In this document: in pieces, positions 29,720-41,211 of the stretch
Numbering within the stretch: position 1 is the stretch's first letter
How the letters are laid out: every line of letters starts with the position of its first letter
Source: an uncultured Alphaproteobacteria bacterium
Lineage (GTDB): Bacteria > Pseudomonadota > Alphaproteobacteria > Rs-D84
Reading direction: 5' to 3'
NCBI GenBank assembly: GCA_947053455.1
Contig: CAMRSV010000005.1
Coordinates: forward strand, 1 to 64,000
DNA length: 64,000 nt
Program-made: the position numbers and the translations under genes
Notes under the pieces: model-generated
The model's input: the letters and a program-made list of their open reading frames with translations, nothing else
Database searches by the model: none
Told to the model about the DNA's origin: nothing

Positions 29720-32188
29720 TTACATTACTATATCTTCGCAAATCGGGTCCTTGGTTTCAACATTGCAATTCTTGTTTGCCTTGCGGAACCAGTTACCCCC
29801 CTTGATTGTACACGATTGCGTGGATATCGTCGTGCAAACATGACATGTTCTGGTATCCCGGCTAAATATACTGGTGACGGTCTTGGTCATGCCACTGCCG
29901 GCGGTTGTGGTGAAAGATGTTTCCCCGGTGCCGCCACTGGTTAAATCTTTGGTGGTCAGACCCGACCCAACATCATATGAAATCGCATACGGCGGTGTCA
30001 ATGGCGTTGATGAATCAACACTGCTGCCACCTGTGCCACCGTTTTCAGCAATCTTTTGACACATATATTGCGCCAAATCTGTGGATGCATTTTTCGTCGC
30101 CTCTGCTATCTCTTTGTTCAGTTTCGCGTTATAATTATCTTGCGCCTTGCGCAGAGCCGACACCGCAATCTGCATCTTTACCGAATTTAGCAAATTCGGA
30201 AAACGCGCACTGGTGGTATTATTCGCCCCGCGACCCTTGCCGTTTATTTGCGACAAGTCACGGCCGTTGACACAGAATTGGATTTCCGGATCCTGTTCTA
30301 TCATTTCTATAGTGCGGTTTATCGTACCTGCGATATTGTTCAATTCTTCTTCTATTGCAGATATTATTCCCTCATCACTTAATTGCACCACATTACGTTC
30401 GCGTATTTTTGCAATATATTCTTGAACACCTATCTGCCCAGGCTCTAGCGTTACACGCGTGCCGTCGGCACCATCAATTGTCGTGCCGGACGCATCACCC
30501 ATTTTTATACTGCCAAATGATATCATTCCGGTGACACGATATATCGTTCCATCTTTTTGAGAACGCAAACTGCCCGTCCCAATGGTGTCATCCGATGCAA
30601 ATTTATTACAATCTGTTGTGCTGCCGCAAATTTCAGCCATTTTATTATCAACCAAAGTTTGACACTGCTCTAATGCGGCGTTATCAATGTTTAAATACAA
30701 TCCCATCAGCATGGAATCCAAATCATCCATAGAGAAATTTGCATTTTCCGCCTTGCAGACAACCAATGTGTCAATCGGGCAAATATTATGCATATAGTCG
30801 TAATCCATACCGATGCAGTTTTCAAAATTTTTCCCGCAACGCGTATCGGCGGTAAAACAATTTTTAACCTCCTCTGTACAGGCATCAACGCGCATCGCCT
30901 TTAGCTTGTCGGTCACATATCCCCAAATCATCGGTTCCATGCGTTCACACTTATCAATTTCCACTTTACAGAAACTGCGTACCATGTCCGGATGCGCCAA
31001 GCATGCATCCATTGTATCAACGCCCTTGCCCACAATATCATCTTTGCATGCGGTTTGAATACAATCGGAAATATCGGTCAAGCATGATTGACGCATTTTC
31101 GATTCCGCCGCTAATTCTGCAACCTTGATTGTCGGGGCGGCTTCGCGTAAGAAATCTGTCCACACGATATCACGCACCGCCATGCATTGATCCAGCACGC
31201 GTTCACAGATATAGCGTTTTGATTCTAAAATTTCCATAGTAGATGCGGCAATTTCATATTTCGTTACCGATGCAACCTTTGTTCCATTTGTGTGCACCGC
31301 CTCTTGCTGCATATTTTCAGATGCAATCGTAGAAACACAGTTTTCCCAGTTTTTACCGCACGCATCTTCGGTCTGCATACATTTTTTGTATTCAACCATA
31401 CATGTTCCGCGGTCATACTTGTTTGCGTTGTCGAAACTTTCTTTTAGCGCGGCACGCACATCCGCCTCGGCCTCGGCTAGCGCCAAATCAGCCTCTGATT
31501 TTTTGGTGGCAATGCTGTTTTCAAAAGCTTTGCAATCAGACTGAATTTGGCGTTTGTACAATTGACGCAGGAATTGAATGTCTTTGTCGCAAGATTCGGG
31601 TGCCTGTTCAATACAAATACCTTCGGCGGCAGTAAATAATTCATCACCCTGCTTGTCCGCAATTATCGCAACACTACTTTCCCAAATGTCATCGTCATCA
31701 TCATTTGTTGTGTTAAACATGGCCAACAAATTGTTGCGTTTTTCCTTTTTTGCGTCCTCTTCACTCTTTTCATCAACCCCAAGGACATTTCCGTCGGTAC
31801 CATATTTACGTTCACCATTAAAAATAATATCTGCCTGTGCACCGGCCTTTACCTTTTCAACTTCTATGGTAGCGATGCGGTTTGCTTCCGCCATGGTTTC
31901 CTGGATTGCGGCAAGATCTTTTTCCAACTTTATGCTGTCATTGCTGCATGCGCACGACCCACCGTTGGAATTATCTGGGATACAAAATTGGTCCATACAG
32001 CCATAATACGCATCATAGCATGCCTGGTCATAAAGACCTGTTGCTGTTACCTTGGTACGAACCACCTTGCCGTTTTGAATTGCGGATTGCGTAGATGCCT
32101 TTTTTGTCACGGCAAACGCCGGGGCAAACATGCCCACGGCGATGCAATTTAGCATTGAAAACAATAAAACAGATTTTATTAGTTTCAT
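29720..32188 (-). CDS. Large secreted Cys-rich protein (CMDxFC family)
   Basis: Signal peptide; CYDAYYGCMDQFC...SCACS; C-terminal RTCHVC...CEDIVM. Confidence 0.85.
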   Translation of the reverse strand: MKLIKSVLLFSMLNCIAVGMFAPAFAVTKKASTQSAIQNGKVVRTKVTATGLYDQACYDAYYGCMDQFCIPDNSNGGSCACSNDSIKLEKDLAAIQETMAEANRIATIEVEKVKAGAQADIIFNGERKYGTDGNVLGVDEKSEEDAKKEKRNNLLAMFNTTNDDDDDIWESSVAIIADKQGDELFTAAEGICIEQAPESCDKDIQFLRQLYKRQIQSDCKAFENSIATKKSEADLALAEAEADVRAALKESFDNANKYDRGTCMVEYKKCMQTEDACGKNWENCVSTIASENMQQEAVHTNGTKVASVTKYEIAASTMEILESKRYICERVLDQCMAVRDIVWTDFLREAAPTIKVAELAAESKMRQSCLTDISDCIQTACKDDIVGKGVDTMDACLAHPDMVRSFCKVEIDKCERMEPMIWGYVTDKLKAMRVDACTEEVKNCFTADTRCGKNFENCIGMDYDYMHNICPIDTLVVCKAENANFSMDDLDSMLMGLYLNIDNAALEQCQTLVDNKMAEICGSTTDCNKFASDDTIGTGSLRSQKDGTIYRVTGMISFGSIKMGDASGTTIDGADGTRVTLEPGQIGVQEYIAKIRERNVVQLSDEGIISAIEEELNNIAGTINRTIEMIEQDPEIQFCVNGRDLSQINGKGRGANNTTSARFPNLLNSVKMQIAVSALRKAQDNYNAKLNKEIAEATKNASTDLAQYMCQKIAENGGTGGSSVDSSTPLTPPYAISYDVGSGLTTKDLTSGGTGETSFTTTAGSGMTKTVTSIFSRDTRTCHVCTTISTQSCTIKGGNWFRKANKNCNVETKDPICEDIVM

Positions 32189-32222
32189 TATCTTATCTCC
32201 CGTCCGCCAAATGTATAATACA

Positions 32223-34373
32223 TTACATATTAATATCTTCGCAAGACTCTATTTCCTGACAAAATTCCTCTTGGCCGCCAGCATTGCTGCCCAACAGCGC
32301 CCCACCGACCGCGCCGACAACACCACCGATGGCGGTGCCCCATCCGGCATTAACCATTGTTCCCATGGATGCGCCCGCCGACAGACCACCCGCCGCACCC
32401 TTCATAGCGGCTGCGCCCTTTGTCATTCCACCAGTTTCACAAACCTGCTGCATGCGGCATACATGACAGTTACGCAAATCTGGCTCAAACGAAACACTGC
32501 GGATATAGCTATAGTTCTTCTTTTCCTTGCCCGCGGTTTGTTTTTTAGGATCTTCGGGTTTATAAGTTTTCAGACAGTTTTGTTTGGCTGCTTCAACATC
32601 TTGCTTGCGTGATAATTCTGCAATTTTTGTTTCCAGCTCACGCAACGCCCGATTTTGTGCGCCAATTTGCGCAACCATTTTGGCACTGACAAATACGCTG
32701 TCTCCCAGACTGCGACGACCGGCGGGTTTCTTGCTATCCTTGCACGCAGAAACGGTCGTATCTTTTTCAAATTGCTTAAAGAATTCATTTACCGCATTTT
32801 CCGAATTGTCACGAATAGTTTGACGCAAAGTGGCCATTCCTTCTTCTGTTTCGGGGATGGTTGTCAATCCCTGAACCGTATCATCGGCTGGCAAACACGA
32901 CATATCTGTTCCACACACCTTGCCCAACTGCTCACCAAAATAATTCAAACATCCCTGTAACATTTGGTAATCCATCTGCAGCAATGTAGACTGTACGATA
33001 ATATCATACTGGGTTTCATTTCTGCACGACGGGAACAATTCCTGTGGACACAGGGCAACGATTTCCTCGTTCTTTTTTCCAACGCATTCCGGTGCGGTAA
33101 AGTTTTCACCACATTTTTGGCGCAAACATTTATCTACATCGTTTGCACAGAACTGATGACGCAAATACCCCAGTTTGTCTTTAACGGTCGTTTTAATACC
33201 TGGAATCATTTCTTCACATTCGTCAATAACCGGACAAATGCCTGCTGCGACCTTAATATCTGTTAAACATGCAGAATTTGTTTCGGTGTTACACCCGTCT
33301 TCCAAACACATTTGTATACGCGCCATGCACGTCAGTCGCTGGTTTTTATCAGCATACTTTGCAGCCTCAACCAATAATATTTCAGATTCCGCCTGCCAAT
33401 CTTTTAAGACGTCTTCACGCACCGCCATACACTGATCCAAAACATTTTCACACGCATTTGCACGACGCGTCAACAAATCCGCATCCAGACAGTTTTCAAA
33501 GTTTGAACCGCACCCGCCTTTGTCCGCGACACAGGACTTGTACGCCAGAAAACATTCACCACGATTATATTTATTTGTTGTGTCCAACATTTCTAAACGC
33601 GCGGCACGAACGGCAGCCTCTGCTATGCGCTTGTTCGCATTGGCATCAATTTTCTGATCGTTCAAATATGTTTCAAACGTTTTACAATCCGAAACAATCT
33701 GGCGCGAATACAACATTTCCTCCATATTGGATTTTGTGCCGCACGCCGCTAATTCCGCCGCACAGTTTTCCGCCGCCATTTCATAAAGACTGTCACCAAT
33801 ATAGATATCTTCCCCAAGGCCGCCTTCATCTTCCGCGTCGCCTTTTAACCATTGCGCAAAACTCAAACCAGATGCCCGTGAACTTTTTTTTGCAGCCTCG
33901 CTTTCGCCAAAGACCAATTTTGCCTTGGCGCCAAGTTGTTCACGTTCAACGCCCTCGGTATACAACTTGTCGGCATCTTCTTGAATTTGCATAATTTCGT
34001 TAATCAAGGATTTTGATTTTTCAATATTTGACGAACATGCGCAGCGATACCCTTCGGATTCATCCAACAAACAAAATTCATCCATACATGCGCGATACTT
34101 TTCCCGACAATCCACCGCCACATCTGCCGGGGCAGCAACAGTATTATTACTCGCGGTTGGCGCAGTGGCCGCCGGCGATGTCACAATCGGCGCCGACGTC
34201 GTTCCGGCAGTACTTGGGGCGGTCGCCGGCTTTAACGTTTGAACAGTATTAGGTGCACGCGCACCAGCCTGGGATATTCGGCCGGCACTAACTCTTGCCT
34301 CTGAACTGCGAACTGCCGCAAACGCGGTCCATTCCAGCATGCACAACAATGCGACAAGTATTTTTAATTTCAT
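32223..34373 (-). CDS. Large secreted Cys-rich protein (CMDxFC family) with C-terminal glycine zipper
   Basis: CREKYRACMDEFC...RCACS; GAAGG...GTAIGGVVGAVGGALLG; RNCHVC...CEDINM. Confidence 0.85.
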   Translation of the reverse strand: MKLKILVALLCMLEWTAFAAVRSSEARVSAGRISQAGARAPNTVQTLKPATAPSTAGTTSAPIVTSPAATAPTASNNTVAAPADVAVDCREKYRACMDEFCLLDESEGYRCACSSNIEKSKSLINEIMQIQEDADKLYTEGVEREQLGAKAKLVFGESEAAKKSSRASGLSFAQWLKGDAEDEGGLGEDIYIGDSLYEMAAENCAAELAACGTKSNMEEMLYSRQIVSDCKTFETYLNDQKIDANANKRIAEAAVRAARLEMLDTTNKYNRGECFLAYKSCVADKGGCGSNFENCLDADLLTRRANACENVLDQCMAVREDVLKDWQAESEILLVEAAKYADKNQRLTCMARIQMCLEDGCNTETNSACLTDIKVAAGICPVIDECEEMIPGIKTTVKDKLGYLRHQFCANDVDKCLRQKCGENFTAPECVGKKNEEIVALCPQELFPSCRNETQYDIIVQSTLLQMDYQMLQGCLNYFGEQLGKVCGTDMSCLPADDTVQGLTTIPETEEGMATLRQTIRDNSENAVNEFFKQFEKDTTVSACKDSKKPAGRRSLGDSVFVSAKMVAQIGAQNRALRELETKIAELSRKQDVEAAKQNCLKTYKPEDPKKQTAGKEKKNYSYIRSVSFEPDLRNCHVCRMQQVCETGGMTKGAAAMKGAAGGLSAGASMGTMVNAGWGTAIGGVVGAVGGALLGSNAGGQEEFCQEIESCEDINM

Positions 34374-34525
34374 CAACACTCCCCCCTTATCCAGGCTCCC
34401 TTTTAATGAATTAATTTTATCAAAACTTTACACTTTGTGCAAGCACATAAAAAATTCTTGCATTTTTTTTATGCACGCAATATCATAAGTCCAAATAAAA
34501 AAACGAAATCAATTTGAGGATTATT

Positions 34526-34780
34526 ATGGCAAAAGACGATGTTATAGTTTTTAACGGCACAGTTGAGGATAAGTTACCTAATACGATGTTCCGTGTAAAA
34601 CTGGAAAACGGTCATGAAATTTTAGCAACAGTATGCGGCAAAATGCGCAAAGCGCGCATATGGGTGAATGTTGGCGAAAAAGTGCGCGTTGAAATGACAC
34701 CTTATGATTTGGACAAGGGACGTATAACGTTTGTTGAACGCAACCGCCCGGCTCCGGACGCACAAGCTGCAAACCAATAA
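34526..34780 (+). CDS. infA: Translation initiation factor IF-1
   Basis: MAKDDVI..GTV...[14 protein letters not shown]...[10 protein letters not shown]. Confidence 0.96.
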   Translation: MAKDDVIVFNGTVEDKLPNTMFRVKLENGHEILATVCGKMRKARIWVNVGEKVRVEMTPYDLDKGRITFVERNRPAPDAQAANQ

Positions 34781-34897
34781 TTCCGCCGCCAAATCGGCGG
34801 TTTTATTTTTGCGAAAATACTGTCAATTTTTATTAAATATTCATTGCCCTTAATAACGCATTTTGATATTATATAATCATACTTTATTAGGGAAAGG

Positions 34898-37252
34898 ATG
34901 AAACGTTTTTTGATGCTTATAGTCGCATATTATGCGGCCACCGGTTATGCAGGGGCCGCTGTTCGTGATGCCGCATCTGTTAGCCGCGCCGCCACCACAA
35001 CCACAATCGCGGGCACAAAACGCGCATCATCACAACCAGCAACAACACAAACGCGCGCCGCAACGTCTGGCGCCATAACACCAAGAAACTCAACCGCATC
35101 GGTTACGGTGCCTGTGGCCATATCCCAATCTGCCGGCGGGCGCACAGCGCGCACGAGCGCCACACCGCAAACCACAGCAGCACGCGCATCGCGTACGGCA
35201 GTAGCAGCACCGCGGCTGGCAACAAATTCCGCACGAACAGCCATCGTCAACACGACCGAACACGCTACACGCGCAAGTCGCGCAGCATCAAGCGCGGCAT
35301 TAACAATTGCCGCCGCGGGCGCCGGCAATACGTTTGATTCCGATTATAACACCTGCCGCGATGCGTACTTTACGTGTATGGATCAATTTTGCGCGAAACA
35401 AAACGACACATACCGTCGATGCATCTGTTCGTCACGATTGGCCGAAATACAATCACGCGAAAAGGTACTGTCGCAAACATCAGATGAAATCCAAGACTTC
35501 AAAGACCTAAATATATCAGCCATAACAAAAACCGCGGCAGAGGTTAACGCCATGCTTACATCCACAGCGGGCGAAATCGCGGCCACAAACGCCAATGATA
35601 CGTCCGCGTCAAATTCAACCCTGGCGGGAATTAGTTCTGTGCTGGCGAATACAAAAAGCAAGTCGCTATCAACCGCCGGAACGTTGGATATTGCCGGCGA
35701 TATAAATGCGATATGGGCAACAACCAGTTTGACATCCGGTGCCAGCATTGCAAACACCACTGGTGAAACACTATACAACGCCGTACACAGCCAGTGCGCA
35801 GAAATGGTTGCCGCAACATGCGGGACGCAATCACGGCTTAACATGGCCGTATCTGCGTACGGAATGTATATTGAAAACGATTGTACGGTGTTGGCAACTG
35901 CACTGGACAAAAATATAACAGCCGCCAAGGGAAAAGTTCGGGAAACCGAACGTGAAATGAATACGGCGCGACTGCAAAATTATGACGCCCACAATTCATC
36001 ATCAATCAATGACTGTATCGCCCAAGTACGCAAGGACATAACATCCGACAGCGCATGCGGCACAGATTATGTGCACTGCCTTGATATATCGGGAAAATAT
36101 TTAAACCGCGAAACCGGCGAACCAATTTACAGTGCTGATTTCTATCAATTGGAAACCCAGATATCATTATCAGGCGACATATTAACCAATCAATCAAACA
36201 GACTGATTGTTGCCGAACTAAATCGCAAGCGTTCGGTTGCAGCGCGCGGGCTTGACACATGCCGCGATTTAGCCGATGACGTGTGGGACGAATTCATGCG
36301 CCAGGCAATTATTGAAATATATCAGGGGCAACAGGCGCGCGTTCGAGATGTAAAAAACAACTGCCTTGATGTTGTGAACGAATGTTATGACACACAAAGC
36401 AAGTCACTAAAAGACTTTAGTAAAATTAAAGAATCACTGCTGCTGGGGGCGCGATTGGAATTATCGGAACAACTGTGCCGTGAAAAATTGGACGCATGCA
36501 GCAACCTGTACGGTGGCGGTTCAAACGGCTTGCAGGAATTGTTAACCGCGATGAGTGATATAACCGATCAAAAAATCGCAAAGGAATGTTCCGTACTGTT
36601 GCAAGATTTTGCAAAAGAAACATGTGCCGTCCCCAGCAACGATACACTGCATTCATATCCGTATGCATGCCGCGTATATGCCCCCGGCACCCAGCAATAC
36701 GCCAACAATGCGGCATGCAATCAAATGCTGTGGAATGAAGGCAACAGTGGCACATCGCCAATACTGCCACCACCCACCATTGACGGCAGCAACGCATATT
36801 TATGCCCGGAAATACGGCAATATTCATCATGCAATGAAGGTTATTACATGGCATATAATGGCCGGGCTGATTCCACACCGAAACCGGGTAACACATGCCT
36901 GAAATGCCCCGATGGTGCAACATGCACCAACGGCAAACTTGAAAACGAATGCGGCAATTATGTCGGCAGTCTGTACCAGAAATTAGTCAGATACGCAATG
37001 CAGACATGCACCCGCCCCAGCAATGCCACATCGGAAAATCCGACAATTCCTGAAACTGTTCTACAAGATGTAAATGTTGTTATGGATAAAATACGTGTGG
37101 AAATGGCCAAGTCACTGGCGGCCGAATGCGACAGACTGGGCGGCACATGGATTGATACACCATACAACAACTATAACAACAAATATGAGTACTTCTATAA
37201 AGAAACAGGAGCCAATGACGAATGGGGTTACTGTGCAAATAAAAATCAATAG
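34898..37252 (+). CDS. Large secreted Cys-rich protein (CMDxFC family), closest to 265..3435
   Basis: R/A/T-rich N terminus; CRDAYFTCMDQFC; CLDISGKYL..TGE and DDVWDEF shared with 265..3435. Confidence 0.85.
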   Translation: MKRFLMLIVAYYAATGYAGAAVRDAASVSRAATTTTIAGTKRASSQPATTQTRAATSGAITPRNSTASVTVPVAISQSAGGRTARTSATPQTTAARASRTAVAAPRLATNSARTAIVNTTEHATRASRAASSAALTIAAAGAGNTFDSDYNTCRDAYFTCMDQFCAKQNDTYRRCICSSRLAEIQSREKVLSQTSDEIQDFKDLNISAITKTAAEVNAMLTSTAGEIAATNANDTSASNSTLAGISSVLANTKSKSLSTAGTLDIAGDINAIWATTSLTSGASIANTTGETLYNAVHSQCAEMVAATCGTQSRLNMAVSAYGMYIENDCTVLATALDKNITAAKGKVRETEREMNTARLQNYDAHNSSSINDCIAQVRKDITSDSACGTDYVHCLDISGKYLNRETGEPIYSADFYQLETQISLSGDILTNQSNRLIVAELNRKRSVAARGLDTCRDLADDVWDEFMRQAIIEIYQGQQARVRDVKNNCLDVVNECYDTQSKSLKDFSKIKESLLLGARLELSEQLCREKLDACSNLYGGGSNGLQELLTAMSDITDQKIAKECSVLLQDFAKETCAVPSNDTLHSYPYACRVYAPGTQQYANNAACNQMLWNEGNSGTSPILPPPTIDGSNAYLCPEIRQYSSCNEGYYMAYNGRADSTPKPGNTCLKCPDGATCTNGKLENECGNYVGSLYQKLVRYAMQTCTRPSNATSENPTIPETVLQDVNVVMDKIRVEMAKSLAAECDRLGGTWIDTPYNNYNNKYEYFYKETGANDEWGYCANKNQ

Positions 37253-37323
37253 ACAAAAGAATCAATGCCCTCTTGCAGGGGTGGAAAAAATTTGATAAAA
37301 TATTTAATAACGAGAGTGTAATC

Positions 37324-38031
37324 ATGAATAAAATATTTATCGCATCCCTGATTTCAATGGCATCAATTGGTGCCGCCAATTGCGCTGTAACCCCATGGTG
37401 GGAACAGCCAACAATATGCCGGTTAAGTCCGTCAAACTGCTATGCGGGCAAACTGGGGGCGGGATATGATGCCGGCATGTGGGATGCTGGCGCCAATTGC
37501 TGGGGAATGAAATTCATTTGCCCCGACGCATTGACAACCGGGGACACACAACCGGTCGCAATGGGTCGCAATGAAATCGCGGGTGGTGCGAATGTAAAGC
37601 GCGATTTTGATACAGACACCCTAAATGGCGACTGCTTTGGCGTTCGTCGCACAACCGCAAATGGTACGATGGCGTCTGTTGACGGCACATATGTGAACGT
37701 CTGGTGCAGCGGTATACTTGAAAACGCAGATGAACAATTACCGAACGGCGAAATAACATTGGGCGCACAACCAACATGTGACGCGCTGGCTGAAAATGGA
37801 TATGCGGGCGTATTGAATGGCAAATGTTATGGAAAATATTATAACATGAACGAATATATGATTGAATGCGACGGTTCTTCAATAACGCCGACGCGTCTGA
37901 TTGTATTAAATGGCGCCGATTACAATGCGCCAAGTGGTGAAACCCCGGCCGACAAATCGGCAGCAGATGCAAAATTCAATCAAATGCAGGCCGTTTCAAA
38001 AACACAACGTGCAAAATATTTCAAGGAATAA
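37324..38031 (+). CDS. Secreted Cys-containing hypothetical protein
   Basis: Signal peptide MNKIFIASLISMASIGAANCA; 235-aa ORF followed by a terminator. Confidence 0.75.
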   Translation: MNKIFIASLISMASIGAANCAVTPWWEQPTICRLSPSNCYAGKLGAGYDAGMWDAGANCWGMKFICPDALTTGDTQPVAMGRNEIAGGANVKRDFDTDTLNGDCFGVRRTTANGTMASVDGTYVNVWCSGILENADEQLPNGEITLGAQPTCDALAENGYAGVLNGKCYGKYYNMNEYMIECDGSSITPTRLIVLNGADYNAPSGETPADKSAADAKFNQMQAVSKTQRAKYFKE

Positions 38032-38061
38032 ACAAAAAACCCGCAATTGCGGGTTTTTTGT

Positions 38062-38637
38062 TTAACGAGAATCCCGGCCGGATAAAAATTTATCAAAATT
38101 ATTCCGCAGCGCTTCACGTGTATCGGAATAGAAAGATTCTGCGATATCGCAAGCCCAAAGTACACGGGACACACCGAACCATTTATCTTTATTCCAAAGT
38201 TTTATTTTTCCATCCCGGCGGTCAATATAAAACAAATTGGCAACAATATAGTTACCCTTTGCCGGGGCAACCTGTCCCCATTTGCCGAGCCCTGGGAAAT
38301 TTGCCTTATTTGTAGCCATCATGACAGGCGATAGCGCCACACCAGATAAAATCATATCTAAATTAGATTTCCATCTTTCTGTAAAATGTGGGATATCTTC
38401 AGCAAAAAAGTCATTAGACCTTATGCCGCCGCGATTCCAGCCCCCTTGGCCATTTCTTGCAGCATAGTCCCAATATAATACATGCGGGATATACTGCGGA
38501 TTAAGCAAACTTTCTGCAATACCCTTTGTCAATTGTAATTCTGGCAATGGAGCCAAAACATTTACCGCCGCCGGAATTTGCATCAATTTGCTATATTGTT
38601 CATCTGTGATAATATACTTGTTATCATTGTTTTTCAT
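38062..38637 (-). CDS. Hypothetical protein (paralog of 27612)
   Basis: KGNYIVANLFYIDRRDGKIKLWNKDKWFG. Confidence 0.7.
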   Translation of the reverse strand: MKNNDNKYIITDEQYSKLMQIPAAVNVLAPLPELQLTKGIAESLLNPQYIPHVLYWDYAARNGQGGWNRGGIRSNDFFAEDIPHFTERWKSNLDMILSGVALSPVMMATNKANFPGLGKWGQVAPAKGNYIVANLFYIDRRDGKIKLWNKDKWFGVSRVLWACDIAESFYSDTREALRNNFDKFLSGRDSR

Positions 38638-38804
38638 TCTTTTAACCACCCCATGCGTTAAAACATCAGTTTATATATACCACTAACCTATATTATGTCA
38701 ACATATTTCTATATAAAAATACCCACAAAAGGATTGCTCCTTATAATTCACGTATTTGAAAAATGGGGGAATTATATTCCCCCATATTATTATCATAAGC
38801 AATA

Positions 38805-40073
38805 TCATGCCGCACGTTGTGCATCACGCAGGATTTCAATCGGGGGCTTGTTGCCCTGCACTACATCCTTATCGATAACAATTTCTGCCAATTCCGGGTT
38901 ATCCGGTGCATTGAACATAGGCGTTAGCAATATTTTTTCCAATATTCCGCGCAGCCCTCGCGCACCTGTCTTGCGTTGCACCGCCATTTTTGCGATTTCA
39001 TGCAATCCGTCATCTGTTACGTTCAGTTTAACACCGTCCATTTCCAACATTGCCGCATATTGCTTTACAATTGCGTTCTTTGGTTCGGTCAATATCTTTA
39101 CAAGTGCATCCGCATCCAATTCCTGTAATGTTGTAATCACCGGCAGGCGTCCAACTAATTCCGGAATTATTCCGAATTTCACCAAATCTGATGGTTGAAC
39201 ATCAGACAGATAATTTTTTGATTCACGTGCTTCTTTGGATTCAACCGTGGCACCAAAACCGATACCGCGGCGCGCACATGACCGGTCGGCAATTATTTTA
39301 TTTAGCCCGTCAAACGCCCCACCGCAAATAAACAATATCTTTGATGTGTCTAGCTGAACCGTCGCCTCGCCCGGGTGCTTGCGGCCGCCACCACCGGCCG
39401 GAACATTGGCTATTGTGCCCTCGACCAGTTTTAGCAATGCCTGCTGAACGCCTTCGCCGGAAACATCGCGTGTTAATGACGGATTTTCCGATTTACGGGA
39501 AATCTTGTCGATTTCATCGATATAAATTATTCCACGCTGGGCGCGTTCAACATCAAAATTCGCATTTTGTAACAAACGCATCAAAACACTTTCCACGTCA
39601 TCACCGACATATCCAGCCTCGGTCAGGGTGGTTGCGTCCGCAATTGCAAACGGAACATCCAAAATCCGTGCCAACGTCTGGGCAAACAGTGTTTTTCCAG
39701 TTCCAGTCGACCCAATCATCAAAACATTTGATTTTTGAATTTCAACATTTGCTTTTTGTGTCGCATTATGCCGCTTGTAATGATTGTACACCGCAACGGA
39801 CAGTGTGCGTTTCGCATCATCTTGACCAATTACATAATCATTGAGAAAATTATATATCTGGGACGGTGTTGGCAGTTTTTCCACATCATGCGGCGCGTCC
39901 GCCATGTCGCCATCGGCCATTATGTCATTGCACAGATTTATGCATTCGTCACATATGCAGACATTGCGACCGCTTACCAGTTTTTTCACCTCGTATACAG
40001 CTTTGCCACAAAAACTGCAGAACTGCTGATTATTTGTATTTTCCGTGGAAGGTGTATTTTTATTTTCACTCAT
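38805..40073 (-). CDS. clpX: ATP-dependent Clp protease ATP-binding subunit ClpX
   Basis: CSFCGK..CDEC zinc finger, GTGKT, GYVG, IGF loop. Confidence 0.97.
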   Translation of the reverse strand: MSENKNTPSTENTNNQQFCSFCGKAVYEVKKLVSGRNVCICDECINLCNDIMADGDMADAPHDVEKLPTPSQIYNFLNDYVIGQDDAKRTLSVAVYNHYKRHNATQKANVEIQKSNVLMIGSTGTGKTLFAQTLARILDVPFAIADATTLTEAGYVGDDVESVLMRLLQNANFDVERAQRGIIYIDEIDKISRKSENPSLTRDVSGEGVQQALLKLVEGTIANVPAGGGGRKHPGEATVQLDTSKILFICGGAFDGLNKIIADRSCARRGIGFGATVESKEARESKNYLSDVQPSDLVKFGIIPELVGRLPVITTLQELDADALVKILTEPKNAIVKQYAAMLEMDGVKLNVTDDGLHEIAKMAVQRKTGARGLRGILEKILLTPMFNAPDNPELAEIVIDKDVVQGNKPPIEILRDAQRAA

Positions 40074-40089
40074 GCTAAAAATCCACTTT

Positions 40090-40671
40090 TTATTTTCTTT
40101 CCAAAACCTTATCAATCAGGCCGAATTCGCATGCGGCGGCGGCTGTCATCCAATTGTCACGCTCCATCGCGTCATGCACTTCTTTTTCCTTGCGGCCGGT
40201 AAATTCCGCCATCAATTCCGTTGTTTTTTTCTTTACACGCTGCAATTCTTTTATCCGAATTTCGGCATCGGTCACCTGACCGTCAAAGCCGCCCAGCGGT
40301 TGATGAATCATGATACTGGTATTGGGCAATGCGAAACGTTTGCCACGTTCCCCGGCCCCCAACAATATCGACCCCATAGATGCAACCAATCCCATACCTA
40401 TTGTTGATACGGGTGATTTTATATAATTCATTGTGTCCATGATTGCAAACCCCGCCGACACATCACCACCCGGCGAATTTATGTACAACGATATATCCGC
40501 ATTGGGATTTTCAGATTCCAAAAACAGCAATTGTGCAACAATCGTGTTTGCCATCGCGGGTTCAATCGGACCACTAACCATAACAATGCGGTCACGCAAC
40601 AGGCGCGAATAAATATCAAATGAACGTTCACCGCGCGGCGATTCTTCTATAACCATTGGTATCAAAGCCAT
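40090..40671 (-). CDS. clpP: ATP-dependent Clp protease proteolytic subunit
   Basis: [24 protein letters not shown]. Confidence 0.97.
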   Translation of the reverse strand: MALIPMVIEESPRGERSFDIYSRLLRDRIVMVSGPIEPAMANTIVAQLLFLESENPNADISLYINSPGGDVSAGFAIMDTMNYIKSPVSTIGMGLVASMGSILLGAGERGKRFALPNTSIMIHQPLGGFDGQVTDAEIRIKELQRVKKKTTELMAEFTGRKEKEVHDAMERDNWMTAAAACEFGLIDKVLERK

Positions 40672-40839
40672 AACTAATCCTTATTTTTACTGATAAAATT
40701 ATATCATATAAAAACCCGATTCGCGAATTTATACTTAATATATGTAAAAATATCGGAAAAACAAGGGAACGCTATTGACAATGCACAATTTTTGTATACC
40801 ATTAATAATTGATTAGTATATGAAAAAAGAGGCAACCCT

Positions 40840-41205
40840 ATGCACGAAATCTTTTTAATCGACGACCACACATCGTCAAGATGCCTAATAATACTTAACA
40901 GCTTAAAAAATTATGAAAATCGGTTGGTCAATGAATTAAGCCTTGCCAAAGTGCGTCATGACTATAATTTAGCACTGCTGCGGTTGTTACACAAGGGTGA
41001 CAAAATAGTAAAAACAAAACAGAACCTGATAGAAAACGCAAAACAATCAGATATGCAAATCATGCAAAAAGCTCAAGAACTTTCACGCACTACAAGCGAT
41101 TTTGACGACTTAAGATTGTCTGTCTTTAGTAACAAAAATTTTGCAAAGCGTGAACAGATAATCACGCGTGCATACCAGCGCGCATATCGTTGGCATAAGC
41201 GTTAA
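40840..41205 (+). CDS. Hypothetical protein
   Basis: SD gagg and upstream TTGACA promoter; 121-aa helical ORF. Confidence 0.65.
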   Translation: MHEIFLIDDHTSSRCLIILNSLKNYENRLVNELSLAKVRHDYNLALLRLLHKGDKIVKTKQNLIENAKQSDMQIMQKAQELSRTTSDFDDLRLSVFSNKNFAKREQIITRAYQRAYRWHKR

Positions 41206-41211
41206 AGTTTA

